From NCBI RefSeq assembly GCF_964204645.1, contig NC_134032.1, positions 3,868,175 through 3,932,174 of the forward strand: DNA of 64,000 nt. Direction: 5' to 3'. Position 1 is the first letter of the stretch. Each line of letters begins with the position of its first letter. This document shows positions 1 to 13,259 of this stretch, one piece after another. Source of the DNA: Tubulanus polymorphus (lineage: Eukaryota; Animalia; Nemertea). The notes beneath the pieces were generated by a model. That model saw nothing but the letters and a program-made list of their open reading frames with translations. It was not told the DNA's origin and made no database searches. A program made the translations under genes and the position numbers.

Positions 1-1231
1 ACGGGCCGGTGTCCGCTGCCGAGTCCTGAACCGTGTTTTAGTCTCTACCTTCGGTTACAGAGACATGCATGGACAGTATGTGTGGAGTATACTTCTAGAG
101 GGCCACTTGTTGGACAAATTAATTAGCTTGAAATTCGGATTTTTAATGCATACAGGCAGCATAATGAGGAAAACCCATTCACAAACCGTGCAAGCCAACT
201 TAAACACTATGCTCAATATTCTCTGCAAGACGCGAAATGTCTTATTTGAACGTTCATGTATAAAACTATAGCAACTTTTCTTTTGTCAACACGTTGATGG
301 GTGACGGACTATGGTATTCTCTGAAGGAGGTAAATTAAATTAGACAGCTAGTTATATAAATGATGCAGCTTTTGGACAAAAGGGATCTAATTAAATTTCT
401 TTTTAATTCGCCGTGGAATGGAATGGATTGACGCCAATGGCATGCAGTAGGCCCCTACGTATGGGTCATACTGATTAGCGTCAACCAATTAATATAAATC
501 GGGCAAACCATTCAACAACTGTGAATAATTTGTTTGCTGTGGTGTGATAATAATTAGTTTTTTTTTGAAGAAATGACATACCAACTGTTAGAAAAATGTA
601 CCGATTCTTATTTTTAGACTACTACTGAATCTATAAATTGAGGAGTCATAGACAAAGTTGTTTTGCTTAGCTGGAGACACTTCTTGTCAAGTACATCATC
701 TCGTACTGGGTGTTTTGTAAGTTTAATTTCAGTATTTATTTACTAAGTGCTGTTCCCTCGGACCTCAGTGCTTTCAAACTAGGCCCAACCCATAGGCTAT
801 ATATAGTCCCGGGTGTATTAGCCACTATTCTTTTATTTCCTACTTAAATGCACCTGTTTCTATTTTTAGACTCAGGCTTAGAATGTGCAAATTTTTTTGT
901 GAGATACTGAGAAATCAGCTGGCACCAGTAAACTTCAACTGCAAATTTGCAGCAGGATAGCTGAACGACACAATTTAAAACAATAAAATAGCTATTCGAA
1001 TGTTATTTCAATAATAACTTGATTCAACCAGAGGGAAATAAGTCAATTGCGGATGTACAGTACACCCACTTTTCTTCCTTGTTTCCTGGTACCAAATTTT
1101 TAGTCTTAAGCTAATCGATATTCTAAGGTGTGAGTAATAGGGGTAATAGGCTTTCAGGCCAAAGGTCGAAGGGTCGAGCTCGTAAAAATGAAAATAACAA
1201 TAATTTCCAGTTGAATTAGTCGCACACACTC

Positions 1232-1530
1232 CTAATTCAACTGGAAATTATTGTTATTTTCATTTTTTACTCACTCGCCCCTTCAACCTTTAACCTGAAA
1301 GCCTATTACCCATATTACTCTTAAAATATTCATGTAAATGAATAACATTTAAATTGACAGATTATTCAATATAAAAGTGTAAGCTCTTATAGAATAGATA
1401 TATAGATATATTTACAACATTATTTCAATATTTATATTTGTATGAGTTAGATTTTTAAACATTAAAAGTGTTAGTAAAGTGTGATTGAAATAATACATGA
1501 TATAAATCATTGAACTTCTAAAATCAATTT
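1232..1530 (+). repeat. Left terminal inverted repeat of the Polinton-like element
   Basis: 1321-1529 aligns to the reverse complement of 22541-22720 with one indel of about 27 bp; similarity extends outward to about 1270 and patchily to 1232. Confidence 0.88.
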
Positions 1531-1551
1531 AAAAAAAAATTTAGTATTAAA

Positions 1552-4500
1552 ATGGAAGCAAATAAGTACTACTGCCCAACATGTAATATCAATATAGATA
1601 AATCCCAAAAATCAAGACACAATAAAACTAAAACACATTTAGAGAATAAATTGAAACTAGAATATAAAGATGATATATTAGAAACTAAATTAGATGAATT
1701 AAAGAATGAAAAAGAAACATACAAATGTGATACATGTAATCAATCATTCAGTGATAAAAGATATTATAAAGAACATTTAAAATCTAATAGTCATATTAGA
1801 AATAAGAATAATGATATTTTAGGTGAAGATTATTTTGAAATAGATAATGATAAGAATCAGAAGACAATTAAAAGCATAAAAAATAAATTAAACAATAAAA
1901 GACCATACACGGAAGATGTAAGAAAATATATTAATTCATTTGATAATAAAAAAGATATAGAGATAACCGAAGCATTTAAAAGTGATATTGGCCCAGCAGC
2001 TATCGAGTTTAAATTTCATAAAGGAAAAACATTAGAAGAAAATAAAAAACATTTAGAAAATATGAAAGAAATAATAAAAATAATAACTGATGTTGAATAC
2101 CCTAAAATTAGTATATCTTCTAAAGTAAAGTTTATAAAATCTGAAGATAAACCAATATATGATACAAATTCTCATTCACAACATATTATATCTAAACAAC
2201 ATATAGATGATAAATTAGATAAATGTTATAATGAAGTGAAAACTAAAATAGAAGAGAAATATTTTGAAGGATCTGGTTTAATATTTGATGAAATAATATT
2301 TATGACTTTACATGTTTATAACACAAAATATAATAAGTTAACTAAATCAAAACCAATTGATGAAAATAATGTATCATATTATAAAGAACCAGATATTGAA
2401 GCATCGAGTTATATTAAACTACCATTTAAAACTAATGCTGTAATAAATGTACAAAATGAAGATAATAAATGTTTTCTATGGACAATTATAAGTTGTTTAC
2501 ACCCAGTTAAAGATTATAATAAACATACTTATAGATTAACAAATTATAAACAATTTGAAAATAATTATAAGATAGATAAGTATCCTGTTATAATTAAAAA
2601 CATCCCAAAAATAGAAAGAGATAATAATTTAAAGATAAATGTATTTGATTTAATCAAATTACCAAATACAAAAGGTAACAATATAAAACATTATACATTA
2701 GAACCTTTATACCTATCAAAAGATTATGATTCAAATGATGTTATAGATATACTATATTAAGAGAATCATTATATGTGGATTAAACAAATCGATTTATTCT
2801 TTAGAACAGAAAGTGATCACCATAATAAAATATATCTATGTAGAAAATGTTAACATAGATTCAGTAATGAAAGTACATTATTAAATCATAAACAATTATG
2901 TGAAAATCATGATTATTGTAAATTAGTTTTACCAAATGAAAAAGATAAAATATTAGAATTCAAAAAATATGATTACAAAAATAAAGTACCATTTGTTATA
3001 TATGGAGATTTTGAATCATTAAATAAAGAATTAACTGATCAAGATAGAAAAGAAATATATTATAAAAGAAAGAAATTAAATTCTAATGAAAATGATTTTT
3101 CAGATGAACCACCAAAAACAAATACTATTAAAAAGATTCATCAATCAGCTGCAGCTTTCGGGTTATATATTAAATCTGATTATCCAGAACTAATTGAAAG
3201 TGAATATTATAATTACAGAAATGAAAATGTTATCAATCATTTTTGTGACTTATTAATCGAATATGAAATAAGATTTAGTAAATTATTGAAAACAAATATA
3301 GAAATTATAATGACAGAAGAAGATAAAGAAGTATTTGCGTTTGCAGATAAATGTTATTATTGTGAAAAGATATTTGATTATAAAGATAAAAAAGTAAGAG
3401 ACCATGATCATTTGAATGGAAAGTTTAGAGGCGCTGCACATGAGAATTGTAACTTACAAGCTAAGAAAATTGATTTTGTACCGGTTATATTTCATAATCT
3501 ATCAGGATATGATGCACATTTATTCATCAAACAGTTATGCCATAAAATAGAAGAAATTAATAATGAAATAGAAAGATTAAATTCAAATAGATCAAAAGAT
3601 AAAATACCAACTTATAAATTTAGAATGTTAGCTAAAACATCTGAGAATTATATATCATTCCAATTTGGATGTCTAAGATTTATAGATTCATATAGACTTT
3701 TAAATAGTTCATTAGATAACTTATCAAAATCATTAGTTGATGATGAATTAAAAATATTAAAGCAACATTACCCAAATAATGATGATTTTCAATTAATGAG
3801 ATATAAAGGAGCAATTCCATATTCATTTTATGAATCACATAATGATTTCAATATAACTGAATTATTGAAAGAACGATTCTATGATGAATTAAAAAAAGTA
3901 TATGTTAACGATGAAGTATATAATAGAACATTGAATATTTGGAATCATTTCAAAATAGAAAATCATGGACAATTAGTAGATTTATATTTAAAATCAGATG
4001 TATTATTATTAACCGATATATTCGAAAGGTTTAGAGATGTAAACCTAAAATATTTTAACATTGATCCTTGTCATTGTTATTCATAACCAGGTTTAACATG
4101 GGATTGTGGATTAAAATGTACAGATATAAAAATGGATTTGTTAACAAATATAGATCAATTACTATTATTTGAAAAATCTATAAGAGGAGGAGTTTCAGGT
4201 GTATTAGGTGATAGATATTTCAATGTAAATGATAACCCTGGATATAAGTTATTATATATAGATGCAAATAATTTGTATGGTTTGGCAATGATGGAACCAC
4301 AACCTTATGGAGTATTTGAATTAACTGAAGTTTTACAGAATGAAAATAATGATAAATTTGATTGGAAGAAAAGAATTCTAGATATTGCAGATGATTCAGA
4401 TACTGGTTACTTCTTTGTTGTAGACTTGGAATATCCTGAAGATAAAAAAATTAAATCTAGAAATCTAGCTTACTGTCCAGAACATAAAACTGTAACTCAT

Positions 4501-5593
4501 GAAAAATTATCAAATTACCAAAAAAGAATTAAACCCGAAAATCTTATTCATACAGAAAAGTTAATGGTAACTCAAGAAGATAAATATAATTATTTAGTAC
4601 ACTATAGAATGTTAAAGTTTTATTTGAATCGAGGAATGGTTCTACAAAAAGTACATAGATATATTTCATTCAGTCAATCTAAGTGGTTAGAAAAATATAT
4701 AGATTTTAACACCAAACAGAGAACTGAAGCTAAAACTGATTTCGAAAAAGATTTCAAGTTAATGAACAATGCATTCTATGGTAAGACTTGTGAAAATATT
4801 AGAAATAGAAATGATATTGAGTTAGTCAGTAATGGTAAAAGGATAAGTCATTTACAATCATATCCTAAGTTCATTGGTAACAGAATATTTGATGAAAATT
4901 TAGCCGCAGTTAAGATGAGTAGAACATCAATGAAATTTAATAAACTAATCTATGTTGGAGCATCAGTTTTAGAATTATCAAAATTACTAATGTATGAATT
5001 CTATTATAATGTATCACAACCACTTTTTGGAGAAAAACATATAGAAATACAATATTTTGATACCGATTCTTACATATTAAAGATAAAAACTGATAACATA
5101 ACAGATGATTTAAAAACATTAAAACATCATTTTGATTTTAGTAATTATCCTAAAGATCATGAATTGTTTAGCAATGATAATAAAAAACTTCCCGGTAAAT
5201 TCAAAGATGAATTAGGTGGTGAAGAAATGATAGAGTTCATAGGTATTAGATCTAAAATGTATTCACATAAAACTAAAGAACATGAAGCTAAAAAGTTTAA
5301 AGGAATAACCAAAAGTGTAGTAGAAAAGAATATTCATTTCAAAGATTACATCAATTGTATATTCAATGAAGAAGTTAGAAAACATAAGATGAGATGTTTA
5401 AGATCTGAAGATCATGAAATGTTAATTGAAAAAAATTGAAAAGATAAGTCTAAACCCATTTGATGATAAAAGATATGTTCTGGATGATGGAATTCATACA
5501 GTTGCTTATGGGTGTAATTTAGATGAATACTTAAAATTTAAAAGAGAAGAAACAAAAGAGAACGAGATAATGAAAAGAATTCTAACGTGTTAA
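1552..5593 (+). pseudogene. Protein-primed family B DNA polymerase (pPolB), disrupted
   Basis: ORFs 1552, 3286 and 4132 share one frame, with stops at 2758, 2851 and 4084 and a frameshift near 5430. Motifs: ExoI YGDFES, ExoII FHNLSGYD, ExoIII YLKSDV, Pol YIDANNLYG, KLMNNAFYGK, YFDTDS, C-terminal SLNPFDDKRY. Confidence 0.95.
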
Positions 5594-5622
5594 TCAAATT
5601 TCAATAAAAATATGTATTATAA

Positions 5623-5998
5623 ATGGAGAGTAAACAAACACACAGTGAGAACAACAAATTATTTCTAGATAGAATAAAAGATATCACAAATTTAAAATCA
5701 GTAGATTATAAATTTAAGAAGTTAAAAGAATTAACAATCCATAAGAAATATCTATATTAATTCTTAATATCTAAGAAATATCTCTATTGATACAGTTACT
5801 AACAAATATGGAGATAAATTAGTTATACACTTAGAATATGAAGGATTAAAAGGAAATACATATAAATTCAGAACATATTTACCGGATAGATTTCATAGAT
5901 TATCAAGTGAAGATCTAGAAGAATTATGTTCTGGAGATTTCTATTTCGTATACAAAGGTAAGAATGAAAAAGGGCACCATGAAATAAATTTCGAATAA
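5623..5998 (+). pseudogene. Small viral protein, possibly an OB-fold ssDNA-binding protein, frameshifted
   Basis: MESKQTH...FKKLKEL then a shift near 5755 into TNKYGDKLVIHLEY...RTYLPDRF...YFVYKGK. The fold is inferred from the beta-strand pattern and the position after pPolB. Confidence 0.45.
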
Positions 5999-6012
5999 AA
6001 TATGTAAAATAA

Positions 6013-6775
6013 ATGGTAGAATTAAAAGTATACAGAATATTTGTTGATTCAAGAAAACTTACAAATTATAAATCTCATAATTTACTAGTACAATTAGATA
6101 GAGAATTTAAGAATTGTGTAGATTTAAAATTAGTTAATATAAGTTTATGTAATTCTTTTTATAATATATCGAATAAAACTATTGAAGATAATACTGTTTT
6201 AATTCATATTAGAAATGTAGATAAATGGTTTCATCTAATTTTAAAACCAGGATTATAAAATTTAGAAACATTAGCTCAAGAAATTAATCGAAGAGCACGG
6301 TTGAAAATTAGAAAAGATGATACATTTTTTATTAAATTTAATAAAAGTGATAGCACAAATAAAATTAAAATAAAGTTACATGATGAAAGTCAACATGCAT
6401 TTATGGTAAAAAAAAACCTATAGCTAAACTGTTAGGAATTGTACCAGATACCGTTACAGGAAACGTAGATGGTAATTCAAATATAATACCTTTTACACAC
6501 TGTTATATTTATTGCAATTTAATCGAGCATAACAAAAACTTTCGAAGCAACTAAAGAAACAATTTGTAATTCTAGTATATTAAATATTTTACCGCTAAAA
6601 AAATATTAAACAATTTGGAACTCAAATAAATTATAATTTAACAGAATGTGATTTTAAACCTTGCATTCCTCAATTTAATAATTTTAAATTAGAAATAAGA
6701 AATCACAATGGTTATTTAATTGATTTGAATAACTTACCTGTAATTTATGAATTAGTTATAAGATGTAAAGAGTAA
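6013..6775 (+). pseudogene. Minor capsid (penton) protein, disrupted
   Basis: N-terminal IFVDSR...LKLVNISLCNSFYNI and C-terminal YIYCNLI...LEIRNHNGYLIDLNNLPVIYELVI match Polinton/PLV pentons; several stops and frameshifts. Confidence 0.75.
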
Positions 6776-6791
6776 TTTTTTCATTATATAA

Positions 6792-7148
6792 ATGAATATA
6801 ACTGTTGGACCGAGTATATGTTTTGGGTTTGATTTTAAACACGAGAAAGAAATGAAATTTAACGTTAATGATGTAATTACACATATCAAAAATATTACAT
6901 TTTCTAATGAAACAACATTTGAGTATGAAACAACAATAGATAAAGAAACTTTAAATGTAGAAAAGATTACTAATTTAATTAGAGAATCTTTAAGATTTTA
7001 TGAATAAGATGAAGATTTTATCATCGATGATATTAAAAAAATAATAATTGAAATATATACAAATGAAACTAGTAATGAAATAAATGTTGAATTAATCATA
7101 AATAAGATAACTAAATATTTTGATGATAGTAATTTTTTTGATAAATAA
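6792..7148 (+). pseudogene. Hypothetical viral protein with an internal stop at 7005
   Basis: The frame continues past the TAA as DEDFIIDD...NFFDK; start is in ATAAATG context. Confidence 0.5.
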
Positions 7149-7412
7149 ATGAGTGATAATAAGTGGATAATAACTGGATTATATAATGGCGCATTACTAT
7201 CAGTTGGAACTGTTGGTTATTCATTGGTATTAAAAAAAGTATTTAAAATGGGAAGTGTTAATGTTGATAGATTTGATATAAATGATATTTTAAAATTAAC
7301 ATTAGCAGTTACTTTATCTAATTTAACTATTGATTATTTAGAAAACAAAAATATATTCCTCCCATATAAATACATAAATATTATACTAAATAAATGGCTT
7401 CTGCAGTTATAA
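7149..7412 (+). CDS. Small hydrophobic viral membrane protein
   Basis: Two hydrophobic segments (GALLSVGTVGYSLVL; ILKLTLAVTLSNLTI); TAAATG start. Confidence 0.6.
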   Translation: MSDNKWIITGLYNGALLSVGTVGYSLVLKKVFKMGSVNVDRFDINDILKLTLAVTLSNLTIDYLENKNIFLPYKYINIILNKWLLQL

Positions 7413-7882
7413 CTATTATAGGATCGGCAATCGTTAACGCTTTAGCATTTACTGGTGGCGGTTATTTATTTAAACATATTGATAAAAATAGTTCATTAGG
7501 AGAACAAAGAAGACATAACTTAGCATTAGAGAAATACAATAAAGCAGCAGAAGAATATAGAGAAAAAAGACAAAACTATATGGATTACATCAATAAAGAA
7601 TTATATGATCAGAAAATTTCACACAGAGATTTTCAATCAGTTGATGATGCAATGAGTTTATATAACGCGGTAACCAATAAAGAAAAATTACATGTATACA
7701 AACCTAAATTATCAGATTATTATACCCCCAGTAAAGAACAACAGAAATATGAAATAATATGGATTTTAGGTGGAACAGTTATTGTTATATTTGTTGCTTA
7801 TAAGTTCACTAATTGGTATTTTTTTCTGCCAAATAAATGGAAGATAAAGTTGATAATATTGATATTATTCTTCATGATATAA
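7394..7882 (+). CDS. Viral protein with N-terminal hydrophobic helix, coiled coil and C-terminal TM
   Basis: MASAVITIIGSAIVNALAFTGG..., EQRRHNLALEKY coiled coil, IIWILGGTVIVIFVAY TM. The 3' end may be read-through into the next gene. Confidence 0.65.
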   Translation: MASAVITIIGSAIVNALAFTGGGYLFKHIDKNSSLGEQRRHNLALEKYNKAAEEYREKRQNYMDYINKELYDQKISHRDFQSVDDAMSLYNAVTNKEKLHVYKPKLSDYYTPSKEQQKYEIIWILGGTVIVIFVAYKFTNWYFFLPNKWKIKLIILILFFMI

Positions 7883-8270
7883 ATAAAACTATATTAAAAA
7901 CATATTTAGAAAAACAAATATTAGAATTTGAAAGTGACTTAAAGATAAAAAAGAAAAAATATTTAAAAGTAAAATTATATATTATTTGATTATAAGTGGT
8001 TCGGTTACAATTAGTTCTGTAATAACATTTCTAGCAATATTCAGTCCATTAACACCTTTAGCTATATCAATTGGTGTGTTAGGATTATCATCAAGTGTAT
8101 TAACTGGTATAAGTTCAAAATTAAATATAAAAAGTAATAAAGAAAAAATTAAAACTAATATAAAAGAAATTAATAAATTAAAGAATACACTAGATTATAT
8201 AATAAGTTTAAATGGCCACATAACAGTTGAAGAACAAGATAAATTATTAAAAGAATTAATAAATTATTAA
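7837..8270 (+). pseudogene. Coiled-coil/two-TM hairpin viral protein, frameshifted near 7980
   Basis: ATG 7837 (MEDKVDN...) joins the 7986 ORF, which has two adjacent TM segments and the C-terminal NGHITVEEQ. Confidence 0.6.
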
Positions 8271-8286
8271 TTTTTTAATTATATAA

Positions 8287-9612
8287 ATGGCAGATAGTTT
8301 TCCAAAAGCTTTCCAATATCATAAATCAATTAAATATAATATTCCTGCAATAGATTTTAATACAGATATTACATATAGAAATGAAGTTTTAAATTCATTA
8401 ATTGATTTATATATTTATGTAACTGAAAGTAATAATTTTCATGTAAGGATGGAAAATATATTTCATGTGTATACAATTAATTTCAAAAATTTAAATGAGG
8501 CAAAACAATGGTTATTAAAATCTAATATGAAGTATTGGCAGAACCAATTAAATTTTGCTATTTATTGCGCAACAACAGGATGTGGAATTAGTTGGAATGA
8601 TCATTTAAACAAACCAAGTTTACCATTGATGTTATCACTTTTTAGATTTCATTCTTATTTCAAATAAAATTAATATTAGATGAATTAGAATGTCCTTTAC
8701 CAGGTTCAAAATATTTTAAAGAAGTGAATAATAATATTAATTTTTCTAAGTTTTATAAAATATGTAATGAATTTAATATTAATTCAAATAAAGATTTTAG
8801 AGCAAAAATTGGAGCAATGGGTGGATTAGGAATATTATATACTAAAGAATTTGGAAAAATAATAAAAAATTCAGAAATAAGAACACTAAATTGGAATGAA
8901 TTACCAAAATATTATAATAATATACAACAACAAAATAATAATGGTTGGGTTAATTTCATTTTAGAAAATAGTGAAGGTTTTACTAAAGCTGGTATACAAA
9001 GAATAAATCAATCTATTTGAACTTATTTGATATGTATTTTAGGTGCGCAAGTTGAAACTAGATCCCCAATAATTGGAAATGATAATACTTCATTCGATGC
9101 GCAGAAACAATTTAAAGTATTATTTGAAGATTCTATTCATAATGATAAAAATAGATCGATTCCGGAAAACATTGTAAGATATCAAAATTATTTAGATAAA
9201 TCACATATTAGATCAAATTATTGTATAGGCCCTAATCTATTTATTATTTCTAATGATTTAGTATTAAAGATGGGAAATATAATTGGTTACAATAATCTAA
9301 TTAAAACTGGAACAATAAATAATTCATTTGGATTAAATGATATAAATAAAAAGATAATTACTGCTCCAAAATTAATGGAAGGTGAAAAAAATAAAAAACA
9401 CATTCAATCAACTGAAACTAAAACTAAGAATATTAAATTAAATAATGATTCTAAAAATAAAAGATTACAATACATCAGAAAATATAAAAACTGATAATAT
9501 TCAACATGATATAATTAAACTAAATGATGATAATAAATCCCATGAAAATACTAAATTAGCTTTAACTTGTATAGGAATTGTAATCGGAGGAATATTATAT
9601 TTTAAATTTTAA
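8287..9612 (+). pseudogene. Viral protein of about 440 aa with C-terminal TM anchor, fragmented
   Basis: ORFs 8287, 8724 and 9027 plus the tail KLALTCIGIVIGGILYFKF*; motif WQNQLNFAIYCATTGCGIS. Confidence 0.65.
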
Positions 9613-9627
9613 TTTTTTATTATGTAA

Positions 9628-11082
9628 ATGGCAGAAGGTGGAGAAGATATTCCATTGGATCCTTTAGATGAACCCGGTATAAGTGATGAACAACAACCTG
9701 ATTTTGATGAAACAAGTTTTAGTAATGATAATAAAATAGAATATAATACTAATTTACCAGAAGTTGTTCCTGGTTCTAAAAACCTATCAACAGATGAATA
9801 TATTAGAGGAGGTAAATCGAGAATAGATATTGAAAATGTAGATCCAGAAATAACAAAAAAAGAATTAAAATATGACAATTTAACTGATGAATTAAAACCA
9901 ATGTTAAAAATATCTGGTTTCAATATAACAAATAAAGGTATGGATAAATTAGTTAATGATTTGAAATATTTAAATGGTGATTATTATTGGAATTTGAAAG
10001 GTAACTATTATTTTAAGATTTCAAATATTAAAAGTAACGATAAAATAATAACACAATCAACTTTTAATTTGTTTAAACCAGATAGAATTAAGAAAATCAT
10101 TAATGATGTTATAACTGATGTTACACAAAAACAAAGAGATGATAATATAAAAGAATTTAAACAAAGAAATGCTAAAAAATTTTAAGATAATTAATGAAAA
10201 TTTAAGACAAAAAAAAATTACTAAAGAAGCTGATAATTCCAAAACTAGTACACTTAAATCAAACACTGAAGTTCAAATTGAAAAACTTTTACCGAATGGA
10301 TTACTTGATGCAACAGATCAAGAATTAGAAGATTTAGATATATTTTCTGATAAAGCAATTAGAGAAATTATTAGTATAAGAAGCGAAACTGATAAAATTG
10401 CACATAATAAAAGTATAAGAGATATTAAAATTAACAATTTAGAAAAAGAATTAACTGATAAAAATAAAGAAATAGAAAAATTAAAGTCTGATCTTGATCG
10501 TCAAGTAATTGATAAAATAGAATATAGGCAAAAAGAATTACGTTTAGAAAAAGAAATTAATAATTTAAAAGATAATTTAGAAGTACAGAAAGAAGAAATT
10601 AAATTATTATTAAAATCATATGATTATTGTATTAATAGATTAAAAGTTGTTGTTTAAGATTTAATAATTAAACCAAATTCTGAAATATCATTGAAAGATA
10701 GAATAAAATTGTTATTTAAGTTTAAAGGAATAACAATTCTTTCAATTCTAACAGCTGTAACTATGTTATTTACAACAATTGGTTTAGCAATGTCAAATGA
10801 TTTGAAATCTACTCCTTCTCCCAATAAACCGGATAAACCCCCAGATAATAATTCTATACAAGATAAAGTTAAGGATGGTTTAAAGAAATTAGCAAAATAT
10901 TTATGGGAACTATCAAAGAAATCTGCTGCAGCATTGCCAGGAGTTATTGCATCCATTGTTGGTGTATATTGAAATCTGCAGGAAACATTATTAACTTTGC
11001 TGCTGAACATATTATTTTATTTTTAAGTACAGTTGTAAGTGCAATTATTTTTGGGTTAGTAAACATGATTAAAAATAAATAA
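9628..11082 (+). pseudogene. Long coiled-coil viral protein with C-terminal membrane segments, fragmented
   Basis: ORFs 9628, 10169 and 10691 plus the tail FAAEHIILFLSTVVSAIIFGLV. Acidic N-terminus, heptad region and three hydrophobic segments. Confidence 0.65.
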
Positions 11083-11101
11083 TTAATTTTTTGTTAAATA
11101 A

Positions 11102-13155
11102 ATGAGTGGGAGTTATATCAATCCTTCTAAGAATCATAGAATATCTAATGCTATTAAAGGCCGAGGAGCAGTATAAAAGCCCAATCAATGTCAAAGATGG
11201 CAGTACCCATGAAGCAATAGTGCAGTGGAGAGCTCCAACGGTTGAAACTGGAAATCTCCTATTTTCTCTGTCAGTTATCCGATTTGGACCCTCCTTTTTG
11301 TCAGACATATGTATTAATGTGTAATATATTCATTTCTGCAGTCAAAAATATGTTTTAGGCCCTCCTCTACGAGAAATTAAGCTTTTTAGTTGGTATTTCC
11401 TTCAAAATTTGAATCTTTGAATGACATAGAGGGAGGAGTTATCCAGTGAATTAGTGTAGCTCACAGAGCACATTAACAGTAATTTGATACGTCCTATAGT
11501 CATCAGCATACATAAACAAAACATAGCCTCATTCATAGTACCAACATTTGGCAACATCAAAACTTTTTCTATGGTCAATGGATCAGTCTGAAATTTCGTA
11601 CACTTGTTTAGCTATCTACCATCAATGTTGTGTCCTAATTTCATCGAAATCGGATAAAAATTGATGATTTTCAAAAAATTTGAAATGTCTCTAAAATGTT
11701 TAATCTTGGCCCTATCTCTACAAAAAAAGATCGCTAGCATCAGATTTTCATTCCCACTATGACTAGATTATATAAAATTAGTTTAGAACTTGATATGAAA
11801 ACTTTTATGAATTTGTCAAATTTTACTGTGTGTGACCTGCTTTTCTGTTGTGAGCCAACCTCGCTCACTCTAAACATTTTAAACAAGATACTGTAAAAGT
11901 GGGACGGCCGATCTCAAGTGTTTGCCACCCGGTTAACTAGCATCCATACTCCTCGGCCTTTAAAGCAGAAAGATCACATCGTATAATTACTCATAATCCT
12001 TCTAATATTAATCCCGATGAAACTTTATATGTTAGAATTCCTAGATTAACACAAAATACTTTTTATGTTCCAAATAGTATTTATTTATCAGCCGATATAA
12101 AAGTAATCGGTAATAATAACAATTATGTTGTCGATAATGTTGGGAGATATTTGATTAAAAAATTAACAATAAAGATTGGTCCAGAAACAGTTATCTCATT
12201 AGATGATTATAATTTATTTATGCATTATAAAGATTTATGGTTAACTAAAGAAAATAGAAATAATATGATATTTCAAGGCATTCAATCAGAAAACCAAAAT
12301 AAATTAAGATCAGGAGCTAATGACGCAATAGTAACTCGTACCGCAGATAATTTGATAAAAAAGATTTATGGAAGCAAATATAAAATTCCATTAGACTTTG
12401 AATTGACAAATAATAATGCGCCTTTATATAAATATGCAATTCAAGAAGACGTTATATTCGAAATAACATTTGCTCCTGTTAATGAAATTGTAATATCTAG
12501 CGTTGTTAAAGATATGATTTATAAATTATCGAATATATGTTTAGAATATGATACAGTAACTGATGAAAATATTTCAAGTATAATTCAAACTCAATACAAT
12601 CAAGGATTTTCATTATTATATGATTATATTGATAAATTTAAAACTGTAACTATTAATGCAAATGATGAAATAATTAATGAGAATATTAACTTCCCAAGAA
12701 GATCTATTAAAGGTATATTAATATTTTTTACCATTGCAACATATTCTAATGGTGCAATACAGGTTGATAAGTATTATAATCCTGAAATAACAAAAGTAGA
12801 AATAACTATCGAAGGAATAGCAAATAAAATATTTTGTCAAGGAATGAGAATGAAAGATCAATGGCCAGAAATTAGAAAACATTTTATGAATGATAAAGTT
12901 AAATCATCTGAAAATTGTAATATTAATCAAATTGATTATTATACCGGTAATAAATATGCATTATGGTTAGATTTTAGAACTACAGAGGATAATTCATTAC
13001 ATGGTTCTGGAAAAAAACTACAGAACACTAAAGATGGAATACAATTATTCATGACAAAGAAAAAGGGAATCAAAAATTTTAAAATGCACATTTATATTAT
13101 ATCTGACGCGCAATTAAATATTGTAAATTCACAATTAGATAGTGTTATGTATTAA
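11102..13155 (+). CDS. Major capsid protein (probable double jelly-roll), 415 aa, split by a transposon at codon 19
   Basis: Removing 11158-11963 gives an open frame MSGSYINPSKNHRISNAIK|AERSHRIITHNPSNI...LDSVMY. Size, beta-rich pattern and gene context fit a Polinton/PLV MCP. Confidence 0.8.
11158..11959. mobile_element. Non-autonomous Kolobok-like DNA transposon (802 bp)
   Basis: TTAA TSD (11154-11157 and 11960-11963); 11-bp TIR AGGCCGAGGAG/CTCCTCGGCCT. AG...CT ends with TTAA fit Kolobok rather than piggyBac. Confidence 0.8.
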
Positions 13156-13259
13156 AATTTTAACTTTAATAAAAATTTATATAATAAATGGAAGGTGGAA
13201 TATATGAAATACAAACTCCAAGTGAAATGATAACAGATATATTATATATTACCTTATGA

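Noticed and set aside
6776-11095. Poxvirus early terminators (TTTTTNT) after viral genes
   Set aside because: Several T tracts do not fit the consensus; their position just upstream of the next TAAATG fits a promoter element better.
11106-11324. 72-aa ORF at the MCP start
   Set aside because: Out-of-frame chimera of the MCP 5' end and the inserted transposon.
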